NCBI GenBank assembly: GCA_054600435.1
Contig: BAAIJX010000078.1
Coordinates: 48,673 to 68,672, forward strand
Source of the DNA: Neophaeotheca triangularis
Taxonomy: Eukaryota
Direction of reading: 5' to 3'
Length of the DNA: 20,000 bases
Part shown: positions 10,688 through 20,000 of the stretch, piece by piece
Layout of the letters: every line of letters starts with the position of its first letter
How positions within the stretch are numbered: the stretch's first letter is position 1
Notes under the pieces: model-generated
The model's input: the letters and a program-made list of their open reading frames with translations, nothing else
Told to the model about the DNA's origin: nothing
Databases searched by the model: none
Made by a program: the position numbers and the translations under genes

Positions 10688-11206
10688 TACCTATGGTACA
10701 GTAGGTCTCCACCGCGCACGACCCAGCACGCCATTCAACCCAAGGGAAATGACGAAAGTGCAAACACCACCCAGCATTCATGATCGACGAAACGACCGCT
10801 CAAGTAACGCAGCTAATAAGAGCGGTAAAAAGGATCATATACCCAGATCTGTCCACAGTATATGTATAGATATATATATGTGTACCCACCACCCCCTTTT
10901 ATTCCTCCCCCTAACAACAGAAAAACTTGGAGAGCCGTCCCTTTCCCCCTAGCTTTTCGCAACCTTTCACTTGTCAACTGTCCATCCACTAGACCACCGA
11001 TACTTTTACACCCCTCTCACAAAGCATCACCGATACTTTGCGCTCTGAAACAAAAAGGAAACGCCAGAAATGCAAAACAAGCATCAAAACACACAAATGA
11101 TGGGGGAGAGGGAAGAAGAAAAGAAAAAGAAAAAGGAAAAGCGAAAACGCTCATCAAATTGCACACCCTCCTCATCCCAAATGTACACCCAAATCCAAAT
11201 CCATCT

Positions 11207-13417
11207 CTACCTCCCATCCCCACTCCCCCCAGCCCCAACCTCGCCCTCCTTCATCTCCCCCTCCTCCCCAGGCAGGAAAATCTCATGCCCACTCCCGTTC
11301 TTCACCCACAAAGCTGCCACGCAACCCACCGCCGCCACACAACCCACAATCCACCAACTCATGCCCACAACGCCCCTGTCGAGCCAAATCCCATACCAGA
11401 ACCCCGCCAACATGGGTCCCAGAGTGCGGAAAGTGGCGCTGCAAGCCTGGCCGACGCCGTGGATGGTCGCGAGGACAGAGGGGTGGGGGGAGGAGTTGTT
11501 GAGGAGGATGATGGAAGCCGGCAGGGCAAAGGTTCGGGCTGAGACTTGGAGGAGCAGGACGAAGGAGATGCCGGCCCAGATTGCGAAGCCCGACGAGGGT
11601 TCAGGTGAGGGCGTGGACGAGGGGAGGAGGGCGATGTAGGGGGCGAGGAAGTAGGCGGCTGGGAAGAGGATGAGGGAGCTCCGGAAGCAGCGCATTAGGC
11701 CGAATCGTGAGTTGGCCCAGGGGTACAGGAGAAATTGTAGGGCGACGCCGATGAAGCCGATGATGGCCATGGCGAAGCCGATGGTGGGAGGCGGGAAGGC
11801 GAGGCCTTGGGAGAATTTGAAAAAAGAGTGTGGGGGGACATAGTCCGGGGGTGCGTTTTCCGGGATGAATTGGCGAGGGGTGGCGAGGAAGAGGATCCAG
11901 AGGTTGGCAAAGGCGCCCATGTGAAAGTCGAAGATGGCAATGGTGACGAGAGTCCAGAGGACGTTGGAGGTCCAAATGCGGCGGAATGGGAGGCGTTGGA
12001 TGGGGCGGGCTTGGTCGCGTTCGCCGGTGCTGTTGAGACGGTCCATTTCGAACGAGTTCCGTTCTTGGCCAGACAACAGGCCGTGGCGTTGCGTCTCTTG
12101 CAGCGCTTTATAACCCTTTTCGCGCGCATTTGTGATTTGACCCGTGACTGAGCGGAACAAGGCTATCGGATCGAGTTTGGAGAGCTGCAGCGGCTTCTTC
12201 CCCTTGAGCGTCTCCTCCAGCCCAAAATACACCAACGCAGCCTCCGCAAACAACAGCGCCGTACTAAGCAAGTTGGCCACCGCATAGGGATAATCGCGCA
12301 TCCACGCAACCCCACTCGCGCCACCAAACGTACTCCCCTCGCCAAACATGTGCGGGAAGTTCTTCACCGGCTCAACCAACAAGCCCCCCAAAATCGGACC
12401 CAGCACATTCGCAACATTAAAAGCCGCCGGCAACAGCAAAAAAGCGCGCGGATGCCAGGGTTTCGGCGTGACCTCGGCGACCATGGTTCTCGCAGACCCA
12501 ACCGTGCCATTGATAGCGCCGCTCATAACTCGCCAAAACACCGCCTGCCCGAACGTCGTGCTGAAGCCCACTCCTATACACCCAAACCCCGTTCCCACCA
12601 GCCCAATCAACAAGACCAACTTCCTGCCCACGCTCGGCTGGTCCGCCGCCCGCCCCCATAATATGCTCGTAACGATTTGTGCGGCTGTGAACGACCCCTG
12701 TAATATGCCTGCTTGGTGGGAAATGGCGGAATCGGGCTGTTCTGGGTCAAAGGATTTGAGCTGGTGCACCATATATGTTTGTATCGCTGCCATTTGAAAG
12801 AAATCCACGAACCGCGAGCAAGCGAGGATAGCGAGCTGGATTTTATTAGGCATGTTGCCCCACGAGGGGGTCGGGGGTGTGTAGGTGGAAACATTGCTTT
12901 TGGCGAGGTGCTCGGCGGACTCGAGGTTTGGGGTTGAGGCGCCAGAGGGGAGCGTCAGGGGTGGGGATATGGGGCGGAGGGTTTGTTCTTGTCGGTATTG
13001 AGCAGAGGTTTTGCGTTTGCTGTCGTAGTCGTGGTGGTGAGTGGACATGTTGTCGTCTTTGTCGTATCCGCCATTACCGTCTTCCAGTCTATGAGGGGAG
13101 TAGCCTGTCCGTGTTACCGTCGGGGCATTGCTGCCGTAGTAGGGTTCTTCGTCGGCGTAGGGTGAGTCCGTGTCGAGCGGTTTATCGTGTTGGTTGTGCT
13201 GGAGGCTTTGTCGCGGGAGTGAGGGTTGCTGGTGTTGCGGAACTGAGAGGGAGGTGGTGCGTCGCTGGGCGTCTTGGGATTGGGAGGGGGTCTCGGGATG
13301 GTGGTAGTCGTACTCGTCGTCGTAGTCGTAGTCGTAGGAGGCGGAGGTTTCCCGTTGACGGAGAGGCCGCGACGAGTTGCGCTTGTGTGCCTGCGAGGCG
13401 CTGCGTTGGTGAGCCAT
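11207..13417 (-). CDS. Major facilitator superfamily transporter (DHA1-like; resembles the YCR023C/ZIFL group) with a roughly 190-aa hydrophilic N-terminal tail; 736 aa, no intron needed
   Basis: Two bundles of hydrophobic helices separated by a long central loop. MFS motif A variant WGRAADQPSVGRK, R-x-x-x-G in FWRVMSGAING, motif C-like VLGPILGGLL, and ATIHGVGQ...RTLGP near the C-terminus. Confidence 0.93.
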   Translation of the reverse strand: MAHQRSASQAHKRNSSRPLRQRETSASYDYDYDDEYDYHHPETPSQSQDAQRRTTSLSVPQHQQPSLPRQSLQHNQHDKPLDTDSPYADEEPYYGSNAPTVTRTGYSPHRLEDGNGGYDKDDNMSTHHHDYDSKRKTSAQYRQEQTLRPISPPLTLPSGASTPNLESAEHLAKSNVSTYTPPTPSWGNMPNKIQLAILACSRFVDFFQMAAIQTYMVHQLKSFDPEQPDSAISHQAGILQGSFTAAQIVTSILWGRAADQPSVGRKLVLLIGLVGTGFGCIGVGFSTTFGQAVFWRVMSGAINGTVGSARTMVAEVTPKPWHPRAFLLLPAAFNVANVLGPILGGLLVEPVKNFPHMFGEGSTFGGASGVAWMRDYPYAVANLLSTALLFAEAALVYFGLEETLKGKKPLQLSKLDPIALFRSVTGQITNAREKGYKALQETQRHGLLSGQERNSFEMDRLNSTGERDQARPIQRLPFRRIWTSNVLWTLVTIAIFDFHMGAFANLWILFLATPRQFIPENAPPDYVPPHSFFKFSQGLAFPPPTIGFAMAIIGFIGVALQFLLYPWANSRFGLMRCFRSSLILFPAAYFLAPYIALLPSSTPSPEPSSGFAIWAGISFVLLLQVSARTFALPASIILLNNSSPHPSVLATIHGVGQACSATFRTLGPMLAGFWYGIWLDRGVVGMSWWIVGCVAAVGCVAALWVKNGSGHEIFLPGEEGEMKEGEVGAGGSGDGR

Positions 13418-14632
13418 TGAGTTTGCGAGTGACGCGCCGCGCCGGAGATAAGAGTGACGGGGTCGGAAGCTGGTTGAAGTATGTGGCAGCGATGATGCCG
13501 AGACTTGAGAGAGAGCTGAAGGTGTGCTTCCGTGTCTACGGTCTACCTTCTAGTGTGGGAGGGGTGCTCAGGTTGCCTTGGCCCGGGTGGCACCTCAACT
13601 TTCTGTTCTCGTCCTCCCCTCTGCTCCCCCTCCCATCCGACACGAGGTACGAGTAACGACTGTAGTAGTAGCAGTAGTAACAATATCGATTAACGCCCGG
13701 GTATAGTTTGCTAGCCAGCCGAGCTCGATGGCAGAAGTGAGCGGAAGTCGACGGCAGCAACAAAAAGCAACCCACTAAGCTCATGCAGTACTGTGGCTCA
13801 GAACAAAGTCTCGGGTTTGCTAAGGTTGTTGTAGGTAGCACAGCATCATGTAGGGGGAAAAGTGTCAGTCAATTCCCCAGTTAAAAAGCAAAGATACCTT
13901 ACTGTACCTACCTACCTCACTCTACCCAATCATTACCCCTAGCAAGGTACCTACCCAATCTACACAGGCCAGCCAATTCATTGCCAAGTCGATTCCATCC
14001 GGCATTGCGCGTCGCGTGCGGCGTAGATCAATTAATGTACCTGCAAAGCCCACACAAACGAGATGTAGATAAAGGTCAGAAACAGTTCATCACGCCCGTC
14101 ACTCCATGGTAAAACACACGCCTCAGATCTGGACAAGCTCGGTGAAACACAAGTCAGATACAAAAGCAGAGTAAAAGTAAATCCGAGGCAAGACTGATTA
14201 CGACGCTGCTTCAAAAGCACTCACTGGCCGCCACTGGAGATCTGGATAACCGAGACAGTACAAAGTGACCATCAATCCCGTCGGCTAGAATCAATTGCCA
14301 TTATCGAATATTAGGCGGGGGAGAAACGCGTCGGGAAGCGCAAACACCCAACCCTGAGGTCGAAACGATGATAAGGGCTGCTTATAGCACATTGAACGCG
14401 TGTTCTCGTCCTGCAGTTGTCCCTCCCTCCCTATTGACCTACTACCATCAATAATCATCTCGGCAATGCTGCATCTGAGCAAAGGGTATATTGGAAATGC
14501 TAGCGGTAACGACTACTGCTAACAGGAGCTCGCTATGCAAAGTCGAGACGGATTCAAAATGCCTCCGCCGTACAAAAACACCCATCTCCAATGCAGACTC
14601 TTGAGACTATGCACAGCGACACAAGACATTCT

Positions 14633-16820
14633 TCATCGCGCATCTGCACCGGCGTCCGCATCCCCCTCCCCTTGTCCACCCCTACCACTCCCATGCCCCT
14701 CCTTACTCCCGTCTCCAGAATTGCTACCGCTAGAGGCACTCTCGCTCCCCTCCATCTCCCTAATCCTCCCATACGCACCGCGGCCCTTGTCAAACTTATC
14801 CGCCCCCTGCAGAGGGAAAAGATTCTTCCCCTCATGCCAAGCCTCCTTCGCCTGCCCAAAAGCCCCACGCTTCCAAGCGACGAAAACCGCGACTCCAAGA
14901 CCACCTATAACTAGCACGAGGAAGGTGAAAACTCCCAGTACAGTGAAGAAGCCGAAGCTGGAGTATGTTTTGCCGCTACCGGTGTATTTGTCGCTCTTGG
15001 CGGCGTTGGAGGTGCTTTTCTCGCCCGGGAGGGTGGCGTAGTAGTGGGAAGTGTCGAAGCCGCGGTTGGGGGAGAGGTAGGCAGCGGGGACGGAGGTGGA
15101 GGCTTCGTAGGGGGTTTCGTCCTTGGCGTGTTCGGGCTTACTGCATCCGCGATCGTCACAGTGGTCCCGGAGCGAGTCGCTGGGGATAAAGGTGCGGGCT
15201 ATGACTGAACTCGCGAGAGCGTGGCCTTTGACGTCGAGAGCTTGGGCGTAGCTCCAAGGCGCGAGGGTGGGGGTGTGCCACTCGGTTTCGAAGCCGGTTT
15301 TGGTGGCGTTGCCTGCGAGGTGCCAGGGGCCCTCGGAGGAGTCGCTGTGGTAGAAGTTCCAGCTTGCTACGTCGGTCGCTCCGTTCCACGAGGCAAAGGA
15401 GGCCATCTTGTCTTTGCCCTCGCGGCTGTAAGTCCAGAGCGCGGGTTTAGTGAGCGGTTGCGCTGTCCAGTTGTATTTGTTTGAGCGGTAGATCATGACA
15501 TTTGATGCGCGCTCGGCCAGCTTGCCGTACATGACTGCTTCGCCGTCGGCGGTATGTTCGGAGAACCAGGGGTGCTCGCCCCAACCAATGTGGACGTTTC
15601 CGCTGGAGAGAAGCTGCATGTTGCCTTGCGAACCGGATAGCAGCCCTCCTTCTGGCTCAGGAGCACCCCATTCCTTCACCACGGACGCAGTACTGTTGCT
15701 GTGGTCTATCTCAATAATCCAGCCGTGGGAAAACTCTCCAGTGCTGTTGAAAGTATTGCTGGCGTTGTCATAAAACGACAAGACCGTATGTGTGCTGTTT
15801 TCGGAAATCCAACGGGCGTGGTGTTGGTAGCTGAAGTTGAAGTTGGTCTGCTCAAACGTCGGGTTGTTCCCACCCATTTCCCACATGATATGGCCATCCT
15901 TGCCCGAAATCTTGTACAGCGCGCTCACATGCCGCGCAGACAGCAGGTAGTCCCCCTCTTTGTTCTTGTCAATCGAATTTAGGTGAAAGTAATCCCACGG
16001 CGACTTCTCGCCCAGTCCGTCTCCAGAAGTATCAGTCGTGCCTGGCATAGTCCAGCTGAGCCCAGGGTCGACATGATCCAGACTCCTCCACTCAAATATC
16101 ACCTTGCCAGTCTCAATCTCCACCTCTTGAAAAACTCCCTCGACAACCCAGCCCATACCCTTGACGACATTAAAACGCGGGTTCGTGGTGAGATCGTACT
16201 GCCGTGGCTGATAGACTGTCATGAGAGCAGTCGTCCCATCACTGTACGGCGTCATCTTGAACTCGTGCATATCGCTGCTGGCGCCCGCGCCGCTGCTCTC
16301 CACCGTCCGCACAATCTGGTAGTGCTTGTTCATGATGACACCATGCCCGCGCGCAAAACCCTGGTGCTGCTCGCCCTGAAAGTAGCACAGGTGATCCTCG
16401 CCCTTATATTGGCACACTCGAGGTGTATGGGCGGTCTTGGGCCCGCTTGAGCCCGCGCCTGACCAGACGAGGTTGCCGGCATTGTCGTAGATGTAGGGAC
16501 CGGGATCGACGTTGCGGTAGGGGGCTAGGAAGACGTAGCCGGGGGTGACGAGATCGGGTTTGAGGACGTCGAACGTTATTATAGGTGGGTGAAGGTCCGG
16601 TCGCTGGGGAATGAAGGTCAGCAGCGGTTCTTCGCTTCCGAGCATTGCCGGGCCTGTAGCTGGCTGCCTGTTTGTTGCTTACCGATTTGAATTGAGAGGT
16701 CGGGCTGGTCTTGTTGTTCAGTTGAGCCCTGGCGCCATCAACCAGTAGCAATAGAAACACTGTCAAACAGGTGCTCCATATCCGGCCTAAGCCTGGTGTA
16801 CTGAAGGAAATTGACGACAT
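14633..16820 (-). CDS. Arylsulfotransferase (ASST / Arylsulfotran_2 family) with signal peptide and C-terminal TM anchor; exons 16820-16683 and 16603-14633, about 702 aa
   Basis: Splicing gives the family-type start FKS|RPDLHPP. Motifs GPYIYDNAGNLVWSG, DMHEF, FEWRSLDH, WDYFHLNSIDK, YLLSARH, FSYQHHAR, SQGNMQLL, IGWG, SWNGAT and KTGFET are present. TM segment FGFFTVLGVFTFLVLVIGGLGVAVFVAW. Confidence 0.93.
16604..16682 (-). other. Spliceosomal intron (79 nt, phase 0) of the ASST gene
   Basis: On the minus strand: donor GTAAGC (16682), branch point CTGAC (16621-16617), acceptor CAG (16606-16604). Confidence 0.9.
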
Positions 16821-18110
16821 GCTAGCCGGATGAAGATATAGTAGACACCATACGCATAGGGCTGGGGAATGATCAGGCGAGGTACTATTGGCGTGAGTAC
16901 CGTATGTAAACAATCCAAAGGAAAGATAAGGTATTGGGAGGAATGCACGCGTTAGCAGGCGGTCATGTGTTTGCCGGGCAAAAGGGAACGAAGGTAGGTA
17001 GTGGACGTAAAAGGAAACAGGAAGGATGGCAATCTGTGTGTACGAATCTGTGTACAAGAAGGTAAGGCAAGGTACAAGCGGAAGTGATGTCCTCGGATTG
17101 GTATGGAAATGTTGCCGCCTCTCCAGAAGTCTTTCCAAGGGGTTACGTCTCCGCCACCAGTTCACGCGCTCAACAAACAGTCAAGACTAAAATGTCCACG
17201 GATGCTCTTGCAGGTGGTTAGTCTTGGGACATCTGCTCACGTCTTCTTAGTCGCTTCGACACGCATGCAGCATATGCGCCATGGCGGATCCAGTAGGTAA
17301 CCCTGAACGTCGTCGTCTTTCGGCACCGTTTCAACGAGGCCCACTCAAGTTGCATGCCAATCTAGCTGTCACTACTAGTAAGTACTCTCTGAATCAAGCA
17401 ATCGTCAACCCCCTAGATTATTCAAACAAGACCCCAACCCTTCGTCCCGTACCGTTTAGCAAACTATCATCTAACAATCAGACCTCACTAGCACTCCTCG
17501 TGTCGCCTCAATACTGCACGACGTGTGATGAACCTCCAGACAACACCTCGTAACCGCAGATACGAAACCCCTCCAAACCCGTTCTGAAAGGCTGAAGATC
17601 GTCAAAACACCAACAAGGCGATTTCTGGTAATAGGTTGGATTGCGCGTACGAGACACATTCAAACTTCGGATCGTCGGAGAGTACCTACTGCACGCCCGG
17701 GCAGACATCTCGCGAATTTGAGTGCATGTCATGGAGACGTACATGGATGTATGGACGAGGACGTATCTAGCTAGCTCACAATGTCTCCAATACTATGCCT
17801 GAGGGTAAATGTAACAGGCGTCTTTCTCTCGCTGCTCTCTACTTTGTGCAGTGTCGGTTTGGTTACTCAAGAGAAGAAAAACAAAGACTCCCAGCCACAG
17901 TTGGCAAAGCCATCCCACGTTACGCCAAGGCACCACCGGCCCAACTCCTCGCACAGGGAAAAGCACACAAAAGCAACACGGCAGCCGTCAGGGACAAGAC
18001 GGCCCGTCCGGGTGAGACATCACCGCCGTCGTGCTACCCAAAAATGACCAACACTTTCATCCAAAAGCCATCGAATCCCAACTCTTTCTCCATGTTCACG
18101 CCCCCTCTCT

Positions 18111-19127
18111 CTACGACCACAACGCACTGATGCCCTTGCCTCCCGTGAACCTCCTGACAGTCATAGTGGCACCGAGCACAATGCCCGCCAAGCTGCCGCC
18201 AACAACCACGGCGCGGAAAGCGACATTCATCATCTGCCGCCTGTTGCGACCACGACAGCGATCGACGAAACCATCCGTGTCGTTTGTGCGCGGGAACTTC
18301 TTTCCCTCGGGTACAGGCACTTCAAGGAAATCGCACAGCGGCTTCCAGCCCTCGCCCATCTTGTAGTCGAGCAGTCGCTCCGGGGGCACCATACTGTGCA
18401 CTTCGTCGTAGTATTCGACAAACTTCTTCTTGCCGTTGTTGGGGAAGTCGCCGTCCCAGAAGACGGTCCAGAATTCTGTGAAGGGTGGCATATTAGCGCT
18501 GTTGATCTTGGTAGTGTGCGAGTGTTTGTTGAGGAGAACATACTCTCGAGCATGGGCTGGTAAAGGCCCGCGCCCCAGTCGAACTTGGCCACAGCCTTGA
18601 GTTCGGGCTCAGTAGCGCGCCAGTGGACAGTCTTCATGGTGCTCGCATGCCAGCTGTCGACGTCACGGCCCGTCATGATGATCTTGGCCTCTGGGTATGC
18701 TTCAATCAACTCTTTGGCGAAAGCGACGGCCGGCCAGTCGCAAACGGCCTGGCAGTGGCCGAACAGCTGGTCCCATTGCTCGCGGCCGAAGGTGCCGAGG
18801 CCGTCGTATTTGGCTGCGAAAGCGTCCTGCCACATGAGGCAGTCGGGGGGGTTCTCAGCCGAGGCGGACATCATGTGGTAGCAGTCGTTGAAGCCGAGTT
18901 CTTTGAGTGCTGTGCGGAGGGCTGGTGGGCGCGGCTAGTTAGTAATTGTGGTTTCTTTGCGTATGCCATTGCTCTTGTGTAGGTGTCTTACATGCTGTGC
19001 CGGTTCTTCCTAGCCCGAGCGCAAGCACCCTCATGGGGACTACTCTACGGCATTCTCTCCGGTTGATGTCAGTGTCGTGTGTGAAGATGTCCGTGACAGG
19101 TTTGGGTGTGTAGGGTTGGAAGGCCAT
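18111..19127 (-). CDS. P-loop sulfotransferase-family protein (Sulfotransfer_4 type, often mis-annotated in fungi as NAD-dependent epimerase/dehydratase); exons 19127-18992, 18921-18544, 18475-18111, about 292 aa
   Basis: The spliced product reads MRVLALGLGRTGTA-S-LRTALKELGFNDCYHM...AVCDWPA...YPEAKII...RDVDSWHAS...VPPERLL...GEGWKPLCDFL...FPRTND. It ends in a hydrophobic segment VAFRAVVVGGSLAGIVLGATMTV. Confidence 0.92.
18476..18543 (-). other. Intron 2 (68 nt, phase 1) of the sulfotransferase gene
   Basis: On the minus strand: donor GTATGT (18543), branch point CTAAT (18496-18492), acceptor CAG (18478-18476); joins MLE-K-FWTVF. Confidence 0.88.
18922..18991 (-). other. Intron 1 (70 nt, phase 1) of the sulfotransferase gene
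   Basis: On the minus strand: donor GTAAGA (18991), branch point CTAAC (18942-18938), acceptor CAG (18924-18922); joins GRTGTA-S-LRTAL. Confidence 0.92.
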
Positions 19128-19860
19128 TGTGGCGGTGTGGCAGTGGTGGTATCGAAGTGGTGGGTAGTAGGCTCGTTTCGAGGATCGAGATGGCAGGGGT
19201 GTGATTCTGGTTGCTTGTGGTGAACAAGTCTTAACGAGTGGATGTGGTTTCGAGGTAGGTTTCTTTGGATTGGCGGAAGACAGCAAGGTGGGAAGCGAGT
19301 GATATGGAGAGAGGAAGGGATGTACAGAGGTAGAGGAAAGAGTAGAGGTAACAGATGCAAGCGAAACCCAAGAGATTAGATGTCTCCCAAGGACTCAGGA
19401 GCTTGGATGGAAGCGATGGTGCAGCAACGAGAATAATACTACGAGGTACTACTAGGGCTAGTCGTCGTAATTCGCTTGAAAGGGGGGAGTACCTAAGGTA
19501 GTGAGGATGATGCAGCAAGCAAGCACCCCTCGTTACCGTTGTTTCCCCCTGGGCCATGGCCAACAAAAACACGGGCAACCTTAAGCCGTGAGATGATTGA
19601 TTGATTAACATTTGGTGAGGTGGGATTTGCACCGCCTTCTCCTCCTCCATTTGGCATTTACCTTTCGGCTGTCGCCCTCCTTCTCAGTTCTCACGTAACT
19701 TACCTAACTCACGTTGCCTAGTTCAACATTAATCCAAGGTTAATACTTAATAGTTTACACCAACTAATGAGACTGTTGGGACTTATGCATGCTTTTTTGC
19801 CCGCTCCAAGCGCAGGCCAGCAACGGTCTCCATCCCGGCCACGCCCGGCCGCGTGGCTGT

Positions 19861-19917
19861 TTCCCGATTCCCAATTCCCAATTCCCATGCTCCACGGTCC
19901 ACTGTCCACGGTCCACG
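19861..19917. repeat. Two adjacent heptamer tandem arrays: about 4 x TTCCCRA and about 4 x GTCCACK
   Basis: ttcccgattcccaattcccaattccca followed by tccacggtccactgtccacggtccacg. Confidence 0.8.
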
Positions 19918-20000
19918 GAGCATAGCGCCACTAGGTACCCCGTCGCAGATACAACACGATCAACCTGACAACGGACAACTGACAACCTCACCCCCCCCCC

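Noticed and set aside
10862..13656. Long plus-strand ORFs (10862-11542, 11070-11639, 12877-13656)
   Set aside because: Antisense to the MFS gene; explained by GC-rich codon bias.
14352..14378. Hammerhead-like fragments (ctgagg...cgaaa...ta)
   Set aside because: The core is not CUGANGA and there is no stem II.
16404..17165. 253-aa ORF as an independent gene or N-terminal extension
   Set aside because: Only 16820-16683 is plausible (ASST exon 1 with signal peptide); the rest runs through the intron out of frame with exon 2 or lies in the leader.
17272..17286. CYS-3/MetR-like sulfur-regulatory site upstream of ASST (atatgcgccatggcg)
   Set aside because: Matches only part of the ATGRYRYCAT consensus; no perfect site noticed.
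17525..17595. C/D-box snoRNA-like motif pair (GTGATGA ... CTGA)
   Set aside because: Terminal stem is weak and I could not identify an rRNA-complementary guide; an Infernal/snoscan hit would be needed.
1..20000. Transposon, RIP-degraded repeat, CRISPR array, tRNA or rRNA
   Set aside because: No TIR/LTR pairs, transposase or RT motifs, extended AT-rich blocks, repeat-spacer arrays or cloverleaf structures were seen by eye.

Overview
Eukaryotic genomic DNA from a filamentous ascomycete (short GT-AG introns with CTRAY branch points; Dothideomycete-like by impression only). Six protein-coding genes are supported. Two are on the + strand: a PDK1/Pkh/Ksg1-family kinase (2 exons) and a large J-domain protein with a candidate 480-nt in-frame, stop-free intron. 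Four are on the - strand: a secreted M43B metalloprotease (2 exons), an MFS transporter, a membrane-anchored arylsulfotransferase (ASST, 2 exons) and a P-loop Sulfotransfer_4-type sulfotransferase (3 exons). The main candidate system is the co-oriented sulfotransferase + ASST + MFS trio, which could form a two-step sulfate relay. Also notable are the possible exitron in the J-protein and a recurring C-rich to G-rich switch in synonymous codons near gene 3' ends. Intergenic regions hold several microsatellites. I found no RNA genes, transposons or CRISPR arrays that I could support.
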